A stretch of DNA of 63,208 nucleotides, the filler included, from Stramenopiles sp. TOSAG23-2 (lineage: Eukaryota): assembly GCA_900128395.1 (NCBI GenBank). It is 12 parts of 12 records of this genome, joined end to end, with 100 filler letters (N's around TTAATTAATTAA, not from the genome) between each part and the next. Parts side by side here need not be neighbours in the genome. Positions count along the whole stretch, not along the records: positions 1 to 5,545 come from LT650645.1; positions 5,646 to 11,189 come from LT650646.1; positions 11,290 to 16,829 come from LT650647.1; 9 more parts are not named here. One strand, written 5' to 3'. The notes beneath the pieces are model-generated. The model had not been told where the DNA came from. It ran no database searches and saw nothing but the letters and a program-made list of their open reading frames with translations. Both the position numbers and the translations under genes were made by a program. Of the stretch, positions 1-11,520 are shown one piece after another. Positions within the stretch are counted from its first letter, which is position 1, and every line of letters starts with the position of its first letter.

Positions 1-780
1 AGACCATATACCGTATACCTAAATCACCAATGTAAAACCAAAATGTCACCAAAAAAGGTTAAGTAAAACATGTAGAAGACGTTTTCAGTGCGGTCCGGAT
101 CCGGACCGGCGAAATAAAAAGTCAAGTTCAATTAAGTTGTGCAGTTGTTAACAAATATCTATGAACAACAAACATCTATGAAAATGATTCCTTATTGGTT
201 GATGTATTGTAATAGTGGTAAAACTAAACCTGTTGAATCATGTTGTCATAACTATGCTATACCAAATTTCTCATACTTGACAGGTGCACAGGAAGTTGAA
301 ATCGTTCCTTCATGCTATTTTAATTTCGGTGTAGAGCAAATTGTTTTTAAAATTCCAATTGTGCTGCTTGAAAAAATAACAGATTTGGCGTTTTGGGCAA
401 CTAAATTTAACAATACAATGGTATTATAATAGCGCTACAAAATGAACAAAAAGTTCCGCCCCTAGCGGGCGCTAGCATCAAAAATTGCAAAACTAGTAAA
501 ACTATATAACTGTTATTATTATTTGCGTGTAATTTGAGTTAGACCGGTCTATTATAATATTTAGTAGTACCTGTGGTAGTATATTATTAATAATATATTA
601 TTAATGATTATTAGTATGTATTATTTTAATTTGTACTGAGTAATAAGTTATTACTGATGCACTGACTGACTATAAATATAGCATTTACATAGTATGTATA
701 GACATACACTTGATCAAATTTAACCATTATAGGTGAATGATAACAAACATAGCAACATTTGTAAACACAATAACGAAATT

Positions 781-1611
781 ATGCCACATTTCGGTGATCC
801 GGAATATTGGAAGCGATACTTTGCTGAGCAAGCGCAAGACCCATTTCACAGTGAAGAGTTTCTGCAAGATTTTCAAGGTATAAAAAGACCAATTATGGCA
901 CAATTAAAGAAAAAAAGTAAAATACTACAAGTTGGTTGCGGTAACTCTTATCTAGGCGAGGATATATATGATTGTGGGATAGAAAATGTAACAAATGTAG
1001 ATATATCACCAGAAGTTTTGAATTTGATGAAAATTCGGAATCAAGTAGAAGGTAGAAAGAAGATTAAACACGTACAAGCAGATTTTACCAAAGAAGTTGT
1101 ACCTGGTTTCACGACACCAAAGTTTGACGTTGTTATAGATAAAAATGTTTTAGACTGTTTTATGTCTATTCCAAATGATCATAATACAACTGCAATGCGG
1201 TATGTAAAAAATATTGTAACACAACTGAAAGCAGGTGGTGTTTATATCATGTTGTCATATTGTTCAGAGAATGCACGACTGCCAATATTAGGTTATAAAG
1301 CAGACCCAGATTTTGTATATCGTTTGACTAAAGGCATCAAGTGGAAACGTGTAACTTGTATACGGATACCAAAACAACATACAGGAATGAAACATGGATC
1401 TGCTGAGAGAATTGAGGATGAGGAAGATATTTCACATTTTTTATACGTATGTGAAAAATCAGGTAAAACAGCGGTTCGTAGATACAAATGGGAAGGCCAG
1501 GCACAAAAAAAAGCAATTGTAGAAGCACTGGACAATGTATTAAGGCCAAAACATTCAGTTGATGAAGACGATTTATTTGGTGATAGCAGTGATGAAGATG
1601 GATTCTCATAA
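781..1611 (+). CDS. Class I SAM-dependent methyltransferase, EEF1AKMT4/METTL13 N-terminal-like
   Basis: The ATG at 781 gives MPHFGDPEYW..YF. Motif I ILQVGCGNS, motif VTNVDIS and FDVVIDK match this family. Confidence 0.8.
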   Translation: MPHFGDPEYWKRYFAEQAQDPFHSEEFLQDFQGIKRPIMAQLKKKSKILQVGCGNSYLGEDIYDCGIENVTNVDISPEVLNLMKIRNQVEGRKKIKHVQADFTKEVVPGFTTPKFDVVIDKNVLDCFMSIPNDHNTTAMRYVKNIVTQLKAGGVYIMLSYCSENARLPILGYKADPDFVYRLTKGIKWKRVTCIRIPKQHTGMKHGSAERIEDEEDISHFLYVCEKSGKTAVRRYKWEGQAQKKAIVEALDNVLRPKHSVDEDDLFGDSSDEDGFS

Positions 1612-1743
1612 CACAAAATTTCGTACGTATGCTTCACGCATATATAGTATATACGATCGTATATGTATATTATACGTTCTTTTAAATTTTATTATTTTTA
1701 TATAATCTTTTAAGTTTTCTTTTGTAACACACTTTTCTTCTTC

Positions 1744-4359
1744 TTAATGTTTTTTTTTTACAAATGGTGGACGGATTTCAATTTTTTTTTCACCAATAAT
1801 TTTAGGATCTGTGATGATACTACTTCCTGCACTACTTAAACTTAGTTGATGGTCATTTTGCATTAAAATCAAACTGCTATCACTAGTGCGTTTGCTTTTA
1901 CCTTTCTTATTCTTGGGCATTTTTCTTGTCAATGAAGCCAGTGGAGATGATTTTGGGCGAACATGATACTTGTATCTGCTTCCATTTTTACTATGTACAT
2001 TTGATATTGTTTTATTGTTTTTATTCAACATTCTTTTTAAGGATGATCGTGACGATGGTCTTGACGATGATCTTTTCATTGGTGCCGTGCTCGATAAAAC
2101 TTTTTTATCCCCCTTTTTTATTGGTGTGAACTTTGTTTGGAATTTAGCATTTTTACCACCATTCTTCATGCCTGGTTGTGAATTTGGTCTGGGTGTCGAT
2201 TTTTTGCTATTAGGGCGACTGGTGCTTTGTGAGGTATTAGGCCTTGATGAACTTGTGCTGCTTGCGCCACCTCTACTGCTTGGTCGGCTGTTTGATGATG
2301 AGGTTGATGGCCGTGAAGCTGAGTTCATGCTGTTGCTTCTACTTTTACCTCTAGATCGTTTGGACGACAGTGCCGTTTGAATTCTAATTGGGGGGCTATT
2401 GAAATGGGGGTCTACAATTTTATAAAAATTTTCACCGAAGCATCTACTACCATCTGTTTTTGAACATAATGGCCAACTTTTAGTGCCATCAGGGGATGGA
2501 TGTTTTGGCCCGCCACTAACATTATAATGTTGGCATTTATCCCCTTGATTACATCCACCGCAATCTGGGCATCTGCCGACACATTCGCCACGAGGAAAAA
2601 TGTGGTTGTGTTTTTTGCAAAGTCCAACATGTCTTTTGAATAGATTTCGCACAGATTTTGGTAAAAGCACATGTGCTTTAGGTTTGTGAAGAGAGATGCA
2701 CTTCTTGCCTTTGCATCTTGAATGCATCGGACCTGCACCACACCATAAACAAAAAATATTGCCTAATCGCATATTATTAAAATATGCTATCGCGGGTTGA
2801 ACCTCTACTGGCTCATTTTCACTATTCTCTTCGACTTCTTCGCCAACATCTAATACGTTGAAACCTTGAAATGGTCTAATTAATAAATACGGATCGTTTT
2901 GATTCTGTTGCATTCTTCTATAATATGAAGAAGAATCGCTGTTGATGCTGCTTGCATTATTTGTTTTACTCAATAAATGACTACCACCAATGCTACTTGT
3001 ATTACTTTTGCTTTCATCAATACTTATGCCTAATTTAGAGTTAAAGTTATTTACGCTATGATGATCCACGTTGTAATTAACAAATGCATGCTTATCATGT
3101 AAATTTACCAATCTTGCTTCGGAAGTTGTTGCGCCAATTTTACTATCCATTGTAAAACCTATGGTTGAATCATCGTTCGATAATGAGCTTAAATTAGCTG
3201 TAGAGAGTATCAAAATTCCATCTGTTGATGAGAGATCATTCGATTCACTTGTTGGTAGGCTCGAAAACCCAACTTTATCGTTAAAAGCATTTAACGTGTC
3301 TAGACTCCGGTGTGCTATATAATCATGTTCAACATCATCGATCGACATTGAAGTTGTAATTATTCTACTTTGTGGTATTACGCGACTTTTTGATGAGGAT
3401 GATGATTTACTACTTAAATATGGTGAAAAGTTGGCAGCTTTTGCACTTTTTCGTTTCTTTGTTTTTTTTAGACTTTTGTCCTTATTAGTACTGCCTTTAA
3501 TTAAATGTATATTTGCTCCAAGACTGCTACCGCCACTTAAACTTCCCATATTTAATGAGGAGGACGTGTTCAATAGGTCATTCGGTTTCTTTTTTCTCTT
3601 CCTCCTCTTCAACGAGCTGAAAGTTTCTGGTCTATATTTTTTCTTTTGTTTCAAAACCGGTATCCAACGTCTGCTTTCTACGTTACTTTTACGCATTATT
3701 GCCACTTTCTTGATACATTCTTCATTCGTACACTCGGTTATGCCACCAAATAGTTCTAGTTTACACAATGGACATATATACGTTATACCCCTTTTATAAT
3801 CAAATTTGTCCAATAAACTGTGAAACTTGTTAAAATATTCGGAACGAGTGATGATTTTGTTTTTATAATTATTTTCAAGAATGCCGATTTCTTCTATAAA
3901 GTACAAAGCGCGTTTCTGTAGGTATCTTGGATATCGTGAAGGTAAAGTAGATCCTAATCGAATGTCTATGTCATAATGCATGGACGTTAAGTCACCAATA
4001 TCTGCTTCCTCATTGGGTTTCTCTACTTGAAAAGTGCTTGTTAACTTATTGAAATATAGTAGCTCGTCGGTCTCCTCGATATAAACCTCTTCCCAGCCAT
4101 TTGGTACTTGATATGGAATATATGACAGGCCACCATGGTCTTTTCGATAGCTGTAACGTCTAGGATCGAAATCTTTTCTAACTTGTCTCCTCTCTATTAA
4201 TTTGGGCGTTGTATATGGACGATGATGCAAGTCACATCCATAGGTAAATATAAAAGGATCTGTAACTCTGTATTTATATTTCATACGTGGCCCACGACGA
4301 GGAGGCGAATGGTCATCATTGTCGATAGCCCCACCGGGGGGAGATAATGCGGAGGACAT
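1744..4359 (-). CDS. Hypothetical protein with WW domain, Cys/His clusters and Ser/Lys-rich low complexity
   Basis: 871-aa ORF. VPNGWEEVYIEETDELLYFNKLTSTFQVEKP is WW-like; several CxxC clusters follow. Confidence 0.65.
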   Translation of the reverse strand: MSSALSPPGGAIDNDDHSPPRRGPRMKYKYRVTDPFIFTYGCDLHHRPYTTPKLIERRQVRKDFDPRRYSYRKDHGGLSYIPYQVPNGWEEVYIEETDELLYFNKLTSTFQVEKPNEEADIGDLTSMHYDIDIRLGSTLPSRYPRYLQKRALYFIEEIGILENNYKNKIITRSEYFNKFHSLLDKFDYKRGITYICPLCKLELFGGITECTNEECIKKVAIMRKSNVESRRWIPVLKQKKKYRPETFSSLKRRKRKKKPNDLLNTSSSLNMGSLSGGSSLGANIHLIKGSTNKDKSLKKTKKRKSAKAANFSPYLSSKSSSSSKSRVIPQSRIITTSMSIDDVEHDYIAHRSLDTLNAFNDKVGFSSLPTSESNDLSSTDGILILSTANLSSLSNDDSTIGFTMDSKIGATTSEARLVNLHDKHAFVNYNVDHHSVNNFNSKLGISIDESKSNTSSIGGSHLLSKTNNASSINSDSSSYYRRMQQNQNDPYLLIRPFQGFNVLDVGEEVEENSENEPVEVQPAIAYFNNMRLGNIFCLWCGAGPMHSRCKGKKCISLHKPKAHVLLPKSVRNLFKRHVGLCKKHNHIFPRGECVGRCPDCGGCNQGDKCQHYNVSGGPKHPSPDGTKSWPLCSKTDGSRCFGENFYKIVDPHFNSPPIRIQTALSSKRSRGKSRSNSMNSASRPSTSSSNSRPSSRGGASSTSSSRPNTSQSTSRPNSKKSTPRPNSQPGMKNGGKNAKFQTKFTPIKKGDKKVLSSTAPMKRSSSRPSSRSSLKRMLNKNNKTISNVHSKNGSRYKYHVRPKSSPLASLTRKMPKNKKGKSKRTSDSSLILMQNDHQLSLSSAGSSIITDPKIIGEKKIEIRPPFVKKKH

Positions 4360-5075
4360 GGGAGTTCAAACCTATAGTATATTAACCACACTTAAGGAAT
4401 GCATTTCTTGTAAAGTTTTTCTTTGTCCATCCTTTATTGAAGAGGAGTATAATACTGGTATGATTGATAATAAATTAATATTTAATAATAAAATATTATA
4501 GTGGTTGCTAGTGTGCAATGGTACACTGGTACAGTAAAAGTAGGTTGTAATAATGCAACTTTTGGGTATTAATATTACCAGGTTTAAAAAAATATTATAG
4601 AAAGGCTGATGGAGGCGGGAGGCTGGAAGCTGTAGAAACCAGCCTATAAAATGTGGTGTGGTTTGCCAGCGGCCAGCTGGCCCTATTACTGTAAGGCTGG
4701 GCCAGCAATTAATATTCAATAGTAGCGATATTAATAGTTTATACCACGGTATTAATAGTGCACTGTGGTATATCAGACCATATCGTTGTCCATCTTTCAG
4801 TTTAGTGAGATAGATATTTAATTGTCTCAGTGTTATTGTATTCTTTCTGGAGAGTTCGTAGGAATTATCATGTGAGTAAATTAAAAAAATAAGTTATTGC
4901 ATTATATTAGTAAATACGAACATGTATGATGTATTCGTATGATGTATGATACATTATGGCAAAAAAATGCTTTCCCAGCTTTTTATTTCAGCTTTAATCG
5001 ATAGGCTGGGCTAATTATTTTTATATATATGAAGAAAGTCTTTTGCTATTCTTTAACATACACGATATAAATTTA

Positions 5076-5545
5076 TTATCTCGATTCATCGACATTATCA
5101 CCATCCATAACTTTAAATATAAAATGTTTCATATATATTTTAAATGATTTCGCGGTATCTAACAAATATTCGCCATTATCATTTTTAAACAATAGAGCTC
5201 CGTGTGCTGTCAATTGATTATAAGCCTCTTTTTCATTTTCATAACCCAACTGTTTCACAAGATATTGTAATGGCACACAGCCTGGACTGCGGAAAGTTTT
5301 TGTCATACATCTCAAACCTCTCCATCGCATAGCATCAGCGACATAAGACATAAATAAATAACTCATGTTTGGAGCATTATTGTATAATTGAAAAAACTTA
5401 TTGTATGCATTTAAAGCAACTGTTTCATAGACTTGCATTGCGTGTTGGACAGACGGTGAATTGTATATGTTCATTGGTAATTTTGGCAACATGGCATTTA
5501 ATTCAGCAGCCCCTTCGTTGTATTTTTCATTGGTGTAGATCAAAT
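5076..5545 (-). CDS. SAC3/GANP/THP3 (LENG8-like) PCI-domain protein, C-terminal fragment truncated by the contig end
   Basis: VQHAMQV..VALNAYNKFFQLYNNAPNMSYLFM..MRWRGLRCMTKTFR resembles the LENG8/Thp3 C-terminus. Confidence 0.7.
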
Positions 5546-5645
5546 NNNNNNNNNNNNNNNNNNNNNNNNNNNNNNNNNNNNNNNNNNNNTTAATTAATTA
5601 ANNNNNNNNNNNNNNNNNNNNNNNNNNNNNNNNNNNNNNNNNNNN
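5546..5645. other. Artificial contig-joining linker (N44-TTAATTAATTAA-N44). Repeated at 11190-11289, 16830-16929, 22468-22567, 28105-28204, 33735-33834, 39358-39457, 44979-45078, 50598-50697, 56215-56314 and 61826-61925
   Basis: Identical 100-nt spacer with stops in all frames. Contig lengths decrease monotonically (5545, 5544, 5540 ... 5511). Confidence 0.97.
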
Positions 5646-5969
5646 AATTAAGGGAATTAGAAAACAAAATAGTAAAATATAAATAAGTATATAATGATAT
5701 AGTATTGATGTACATAAATTATGTATTAAATATGTATGTACACAATAGTAAACAAGAATTTGCATAAGATTATATATTAGATATACTACTTAAAATTTCA
5801 AACTTTCACGGCACTTGGCACTTCTTTTTATTTTTTATTTATTAATGAATGAAGAAGAAGAAGAAGATCGTCAGACTCAATATTAATACATTGGAAGTGC
5901 ATGCCGGGTATGCCAAGAAGGCTACATATTAATACGTTGCTGTCCTGTACTGTAGACGATTACATAAAC

Positions 5970-7700
5970 ATGTTTAAGAAGGGAGCTGTTTTGCTTGCGT
6001 TGACCCTGTTGATTGGCGTACACGTTGTGCATGCTGTATCAAATGATATCAAACTTTCCATGACACGCTATGTTGACAAAAAAGTAAAGGATCTCTCTGA
6101 ATATGAGAAGTATGTCTGCAAACGCATTGGTACTGACCCAAGCTCTTTTGACTGCTGGAATAAAGACGGTGAACAAAGAAACGCTGGTGGTGCCTGTCAA
6201 TCACCAAAAGGATGTTTGATATACGAGACTCCATCCTTCGGTATGAAGAATAAATTGGTCTCTTGGTCTGGAAGCCAAACGTTTAACCAGTTGAAGAATC
6301 AATTGTTTAAAGCTTGGGGCCTTTCAAAAACGGCACTGGATGAAATTGAAATGGCAACACTGATGGAGAAGGGAAAGTTTGTGGACATACATGTATACAC
6401 TGAAACAAAAAAGAGCACGGGGAATTATAAGTTTGAACTTGCAACAGTAGAAACACACTCGAACGGCAACGTTAAAAATATCGGGTACATAAATATTAAG
6501 AGTAAAGGGTGGATTATTAAGCCTCGTAGGTGCATTAGTGTTAAGAAAAAGAAAGGTGGAGCATTTGGTAAAGGCGGCACAAAGCGATCGTGTAGTGAAC
6601 GCAGTTTAAGGCAAAGAGAAATTGACAAAGTTCGACGAACCTTGGAATTATATGCCTTTAAATCTATCGACTCCATGATTGGTGGCAGCAAAGCAATAAC
6701 TCCTCCATGCAAAAAGGAATTCAATTGCTATTGCTACATGGAACAAAACAAAGGTAAAGTGCCTAGTGGGGGAAGCGAAGAATGCCTAGCTGCATATGAC
6801 CATTTCGTAAAGAAAGGGAAAAAACAAGGTTTGAAAGCTACCTGTTGCGCTCATGGAGCTAGAGTTCAAGCTGCTGACAATAATGCTCAGTTATTGTATG
6901 GAAAGAAAAATTGCAAGGAAGGGGTGACGTGGTACCACGATAAAAAAAAGAAAGAAATTAGAGTGTCTGATGGATGTAAGGGCACGTTTGAATGCAATGG
7001 CGATATTTTATCATGCGAATCTAGTACTTGCGAACAAGCGACGGCAAGCCGTGCTAGATCAGTTAAATTTCGTCGCCAAGCTTACTCAAGCTGCAAAAAA
7101 CGATGTGGTTTTGATACTCGAAAAAGAAAATTTTCATACAACCCGCAACCTGCAGGCAGAGGAAAATACAGACAACGTTTAAATCATCGCCAATATTTAT
7201 GCACACAAAAGTGCAAGAAGGATAAAACGTGTTACAACGTGTGTATTCAGTGTCTTGAAGAATGTGTTGGTTGTTCGAAAAATTGTAAATGCAAGAATGT
7301 AAAAGTTCGACGAAGGCTGAGCCATCCTGAAATGCTAAGCTCTGAGATTCCTAAACCATATGCAAGAAAATTGTTTAAAGATTTCAGCAAGTATAGTAAC
7401 AATCATAAAGTGCATGTTTTAAGAAGCCGTGGCACAGATGCATTTGTTTCATTGATGCTGGATGATGATGATAGTATTTATCAAACATATGGGAGGAATA
7501 TGATTGATCGTCGAAAATCTGTTGCTGATGCCGAATATAGCGATGACAACAGAAGCAAGAGGAAACTAATGCACACTGGTTTAATTGACCCAAAATGGAC
7601 AAGAGGAAATGAACAAGGGGAAAAAATGTTTCTTGATGAAGGCACTGATCCTTATTATGGAATGTTGAACCCTGACAACGCTGATGATTTTGAGTATTGA
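5970..7700 (+). CDS. Secreted Cys-rich multidomain protein with a DUF3011/ADEL-lectin-like segment
   Basis: ATG 5970 gives the signal peptide MFKKGAVLLALTLLIGVHVVHA. KNCKEGVTWYHD..IRVSDGCKGTFEC resembles DUF3011. Cys-rich C-terminal half. Confidence 0.65.
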   Translation: MFKKGAVLLALTLLIGVHVVHAVSNDIKLSMTRYVDKKVKDLSEYEKYVCKRIGTDPSSFDCWNKDGEQRNAGGACQSPKGCLIYETPSFGMKNKLVSWSGSQTFNQLKNQLFKAWGLSKTALDEIEMATLMEKGKFVDIHVYTETKKSTGNYKFELATVETHSNGNVKNIGYINIKSKGWIIKPRRCISVKKKKGGAFGKGGTKRSCSERSLRQREIDKVRRTLELYAFKSIDSMIGGSKAITPPCKKEFNCYCYMEQNKGKVPSGGSEECLAAYDHFVKKGKKQGLKATCCAHGARVQAADNNAQLLYGKKNCKEGVTWYHDKKKKEIRVSDGCKGTFECNGDILSCESSTCEQATASRARSVKFRRQAYSSCKKRCGFDTRKRKFSYNPQPAGRGKYRQRLNHRQYLCTQKCKKDKTCYNVCIQCLEECVGCSKNCKCKNVKVRRRLSHPEMLSSEIPKPYARKLFKDFSKYSNNHKVHVLRSRGTDAFVSLMLDDDDSIYQTYGRNMIDRRKSVADAEYSDDNRSKRKLMHTGLIDPKWTRGNEQGEKMFLDEGTDPYYGMLNPDNADDFEY

Positions 7701-8262
7701 GCTCTTTTCATTAACGTCGAAGGATCTAAAAGTATTAATATGCTTCTTGATTCCTTTCTCAGTATACCCACAAAAAAGAAGTACCACACGTTACGTGTAT
7801 TTCTTTTTTAAAAGATACTCATACATGTAATACTGAAAAAGTGCAAACATATACATTTAAATATTTCATTTTATCATCAACCATTTCGATGTGTTGATAA
7901 ATGTATGGCTTATTATAATGTTTCGTTTTGAATATACGATACACCTTCGTATAAATATTATCTCACGAAAGAGAATTTATATATTTAAAAAGGTTTTTTT
8001 ATATTTTTTTGAAAAAAAGAGAGAGAGGTAGAAGAGGTATATCATACGAGAATCTTCTCTTATTTTAAAAAGACACTTTATATAATACTGGGTGTATGTT
8101 TTTTCAAAATTTATTTTATGAGACGACACACACACACACACACGCATAAGAGAATACAACTTCATACACATACAAACTCTCCGTAAAAATATACGTTCGC
8201 ATTATTTTTATAGACACAAGATGTATGATGTACACATTCTTTTCCGGCCCACAAGGTTTTCC

Positions 8263-9147
8263 CTATCTACGATCTTTTTCAATAAATGCACTAAAAATAC
8301 CATCCGATCCATCTTTTAATGCATCCTTTACAACTTTCTGCGTTGAACTTACGACTTGTTTTGCTCCTGTATTTACACCCAGTGCAACCGTTTCAGCAGT
8401 TAATACGACAGCAGCACCAGTTGTAACACTAAGATCATCAACTTTTTTGTTATTAATTTGACTTATTGGTAATGTTGATACAACATCTTCTACTTCTTTT
8501 CCTAATGCATTGACTCCACTTTGAATTCCTTCAACTGTTGCATCGACGACAGGTTTTGATACATTGGATATCGAACGTGCTGTTCTATTAATCACAGTAA
8601 AACTACCAGATAATACATCTCCAGTAGCAACAAGAGCCGCATTAGTTCCACTACTTAATGTGGTAGCAGTACCATCAACAACAGTTTTCCCAGTTTCAGA
8701 AAGAAACTCACCACTAGCAGCAAGTAATTGATCCAACTGATTTAAAAGGTTAATATCATTTGGATCCGCCATCTCAATACCAGTCATACTCATGCGTTTG
8801 GTTGCTTTGCGTTTTAAAGTTTGAATCAATGTGCGTGTAACTAATAGCCGTTTTGTTGCTTTTTCCTTTCGAGACTTTAATTCACTTTCTTTTTTATAAA
8901 GTCGTACTTTTTCATCCCATTCTTTTGATGTTTCTGTTACATCATCAAATTCACCCATTTCCACAGCAATATTATCTAAAAATTGATCAAGATATATTAT
9001 TTCTTTTAATAAATATTCATGTTCTTTAATATTCAATTGACCTTGTCGATATTCTTTATCTGTTAATTGTTGCAACAATACGGATGTACGCCTTGCAGTA
9101 CGTTTTTTCTTTCCATTTTTTGTTGTAGTAGTGGCTTTATTTCCCAT
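8263..9147 (-). CDS. Hypothetical protein, possibly N-myristoylated, with an amphipathic Thr/Val/Gly-rich C-terminal region
   Basis: 294-aa ORF starting MGNKAT; coiled-coil N-half. Confidence 0.6.
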   Translation of the reverse strand: MGNKATTTTKNGKKKRTARRTSVLLQQLTDKEYRQGQLNIKEHEYLLKEIIYLDQFLDNIAVEMGEFDDVTETSKEWDEKVRLYKKESELKSRKEKATKRLLVTRTLIQTLKRKATKRMSMTGIEMADPNDINLLNQLDQLLAASGEFLSETGKTVVDGTATTLSSGTNAALVATGDVLSGSFTVINRTARSISNVSKPVVDATVEGIQSGVNALGKEVEDVVSTLPISQINNKKVDDLSVTTGAAVVLTAETVALGVNTGAKQVVSSTQKVVKDALKDGSDGIFSAFIEKDRR

Positions 9148-9233
9148 GATAAATGTTCTCTCTCTTTAATATCTCTTTTTTATACCCGTCTTTTTTAACC
9201 ACCTTTATCAGATGGTACAATATTTTGCTTTAT

Positions 9234-9425
9234 CACACACACACACACAAATAGTTCTTGCTGATCGTCACGGACACACAAATCGTTCTTGATGATCGTT
9301 ATCCAAAACACACGGACACACAAATCGTTCTTGATGATCGTTATCCAAAACACACGGACACACACAAATCGTTCTTGATGATCGTTATCTAAAATATACA
9401 CCCACCAAATGTTCTTGATGATCAT
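9234..9425. repeat. Minisatellite, ~42-bp unit, about 4 degenerate copies
   Basis: Unit CACACGGACACACAAATCGTTCTTGATGATCGTTATCCAAAA repeated in tandem upstream of the 9147 start. Confidence 0.85.
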
Positions 9426-9982
9426 TCTCTTTTCTTCTTTTTAACAAAGTACTCATATCGATATTTGTAAATGTGTACATCAGATTTCACCTTAATCAAA
9501 CTAAATTCTAATATAGCATAGACACAAGCTTAGATTTTACTATTATTTTATCGATAAATTCCTTAATAGCATTCCTTTTTGTTTCAGCATTAGCTATAGC
9601 CGGGCTATAATCCACTGCAATATTTTTTAAAAAAAACAATTTATCATAAAAATGGAAATTGATAGATATAAAATATGAAAATTAAAAAAATGAGAATTAA
9701 TATCTAATCATCATCGATTATAATGATATTGCATATAAATACAATGTTCAAATAAAACAACAATTTTTTAGTAAAAACAATGGAATTTATATTAAGATTT
9801 TTATTAAAAAATATCTAATATAATAAAATAAATTACATTTATTACATTTAATTTTATAAAAACACAAATATACATTACATTGGAGGAGGGAAGAGATCAT
9901 CCATCAATATATCGAATAGGGATTCAACGAGGAAAATAGAACAAACCATAAAGTAATAATATAATAGAATATAATAAACAAG

Positions 9983-11189
9983 ATGGCAACATTTACTACT
10001 AACAATAGTAACAATGGAAATAATGACATGTCATCACCTACGTCTATGAATAATAATGATAATAATAATAATAACTCTCCTTCTTCAAATGATGAAGGTG
10101 GTTCCGTAGTAGATATCGTAGTAGTTGATCATAAAATTGTAAATACAGATAGGGAACATTTAGAATTTAAATTAAAAGTAGATATATCTACTGGTACATA
10201 TTATGATAATAATAGTGAAGAAAATTACGAAGACTTCGTATCTATACATATATGGAAAAGATGGACAGATTTTTATTCATTAGGGCGTGTTTTAAAAAAA
10301 AAATTCCCAACAGCAAAGTTTGACCAGTTAATAAAACCACAACGTAATGCAATGACTACAGGTAAATTTGATTTACGTTATGTTACAATAAAAAAAGCAG
10401 CAATTCATCAATTTGTACAAGGTTTGTTTGACCATCAAATTATTATAGCATCTGATGAATTTGTAGATTTTGCAACACACAGTGGTAGTACAGTTTCTAC
10501 ACCAGAAACAGAAGCGACAACGTTAAGTGCAATAACTAAAATATTGGGCAACGAACCATTTACTGAACTGAATTTATCTGCTGGCTGTGTACAAAAAATA
10601 TCTGCAGATATAATAACTGCTGGTGAAATGTGTGTTTGGGAATTTTCATCTATTAAACATGATATGGGATGTTCAGCGCAATTCAAACCCAGTGTTGCTA
10701 ATTCTTCTACACAGGTGGTAATGCCACTTTCTCGCTATGCATCGCAAAGAAAAAATATTCAATTAAATTGGGTATCTACTGTTGCAGGAGAAATTACAAT
10801 CGTTTTTGATAATTCCTACTCTCGTTTTCGTTCGAAAGTGATGAAATATAGATTAAAGGTTATTAGCAAAGAAATGGCAGATAAAGCTGTAGCAGAAGTA
10901 GAAGAAGAAGCGAAATTACAAGCAATTGAAAATAAAAAGAAGAAAGATAGCAATGCAACGGATGGTGGCGATGAAAAAAAAGATGGATCAGATTTATCAG
11001 GTAATGAAGATGAAGAAGAAGGTATTGGCGATTTGATAATAAATCTTAGTAATAATAATAATAATAATAATAGCCAAAAAAAAAATGAGCGGAACAGCGG
11101 TCTCGTATTGTCTTCTTCTGATACTAATAGTAGCAACTACAAAACGCGTAATGGCAGTGTTACAAATAGACACAATCGTGCCGGTAGTG
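9983..11189 (+). CDS. PX domain + GOLD domain protein (3'-truncated at the contig end)
   Basis: PX signature IWKRWTDFYSL...LKKKFP. GOLD signature WEFSSIKHDMG...GEITIVFDNSYSRFRSKVMKYRL. Confidence 0.8.
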
Positions 11190-11289
11190 NNNNNNNNNNN
11201 NNNNNNNNNNNNNNNNNNNNNNNNNNNNNNNNNTTAATTAATTAANNNNNNNNNNNNNNNNNNNNNNNNNNNNNNNNNNNNNNNNNNNN

Positions 11290-11344
11290 GGGAGGGGGCG
11301 TCGTGTTTTTCAAGGTGGGCCATGTTGATCGCAAACTATTTGTA
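11290..11344. repeat. Dispersed repeat end, probable DNA-transposon terminus followed by TA; second copy at 39458-39515
   Basis: GGGCGTCGTGTTTTT.CA.GGTGG.CCATGTTGATCGCAAACTATTTG|TA begins two unrelated contigs, and similarity stops after the TA. Confidence 0.65.
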
Positions 11345-11520
11345 ATATAAATAGAGTATATAAACTAAAAATAAATATAGAATAGCAAACAACACAAAAC
11401 CAAGATTCAATCCATCGTCGGTTCCATCGTGAACTAGCTCATCCAATTGCAGTTGATTTATACGTTACCAGTAATAAATCCTTGTCGTCAACACTTTTAT
11501 TGCTTTGCATTATGGTATTT

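Noticed and set aside
139-429. 96-aa ORF
   Set aside because: GTG start, no recognisable motif, and probably within repeat-derived DNA.
9234-9425. CRISPR-like repeat array
   Set aside because: Units are directly adjacent with no unique spacers and no cas genes; it is a minisatellite.
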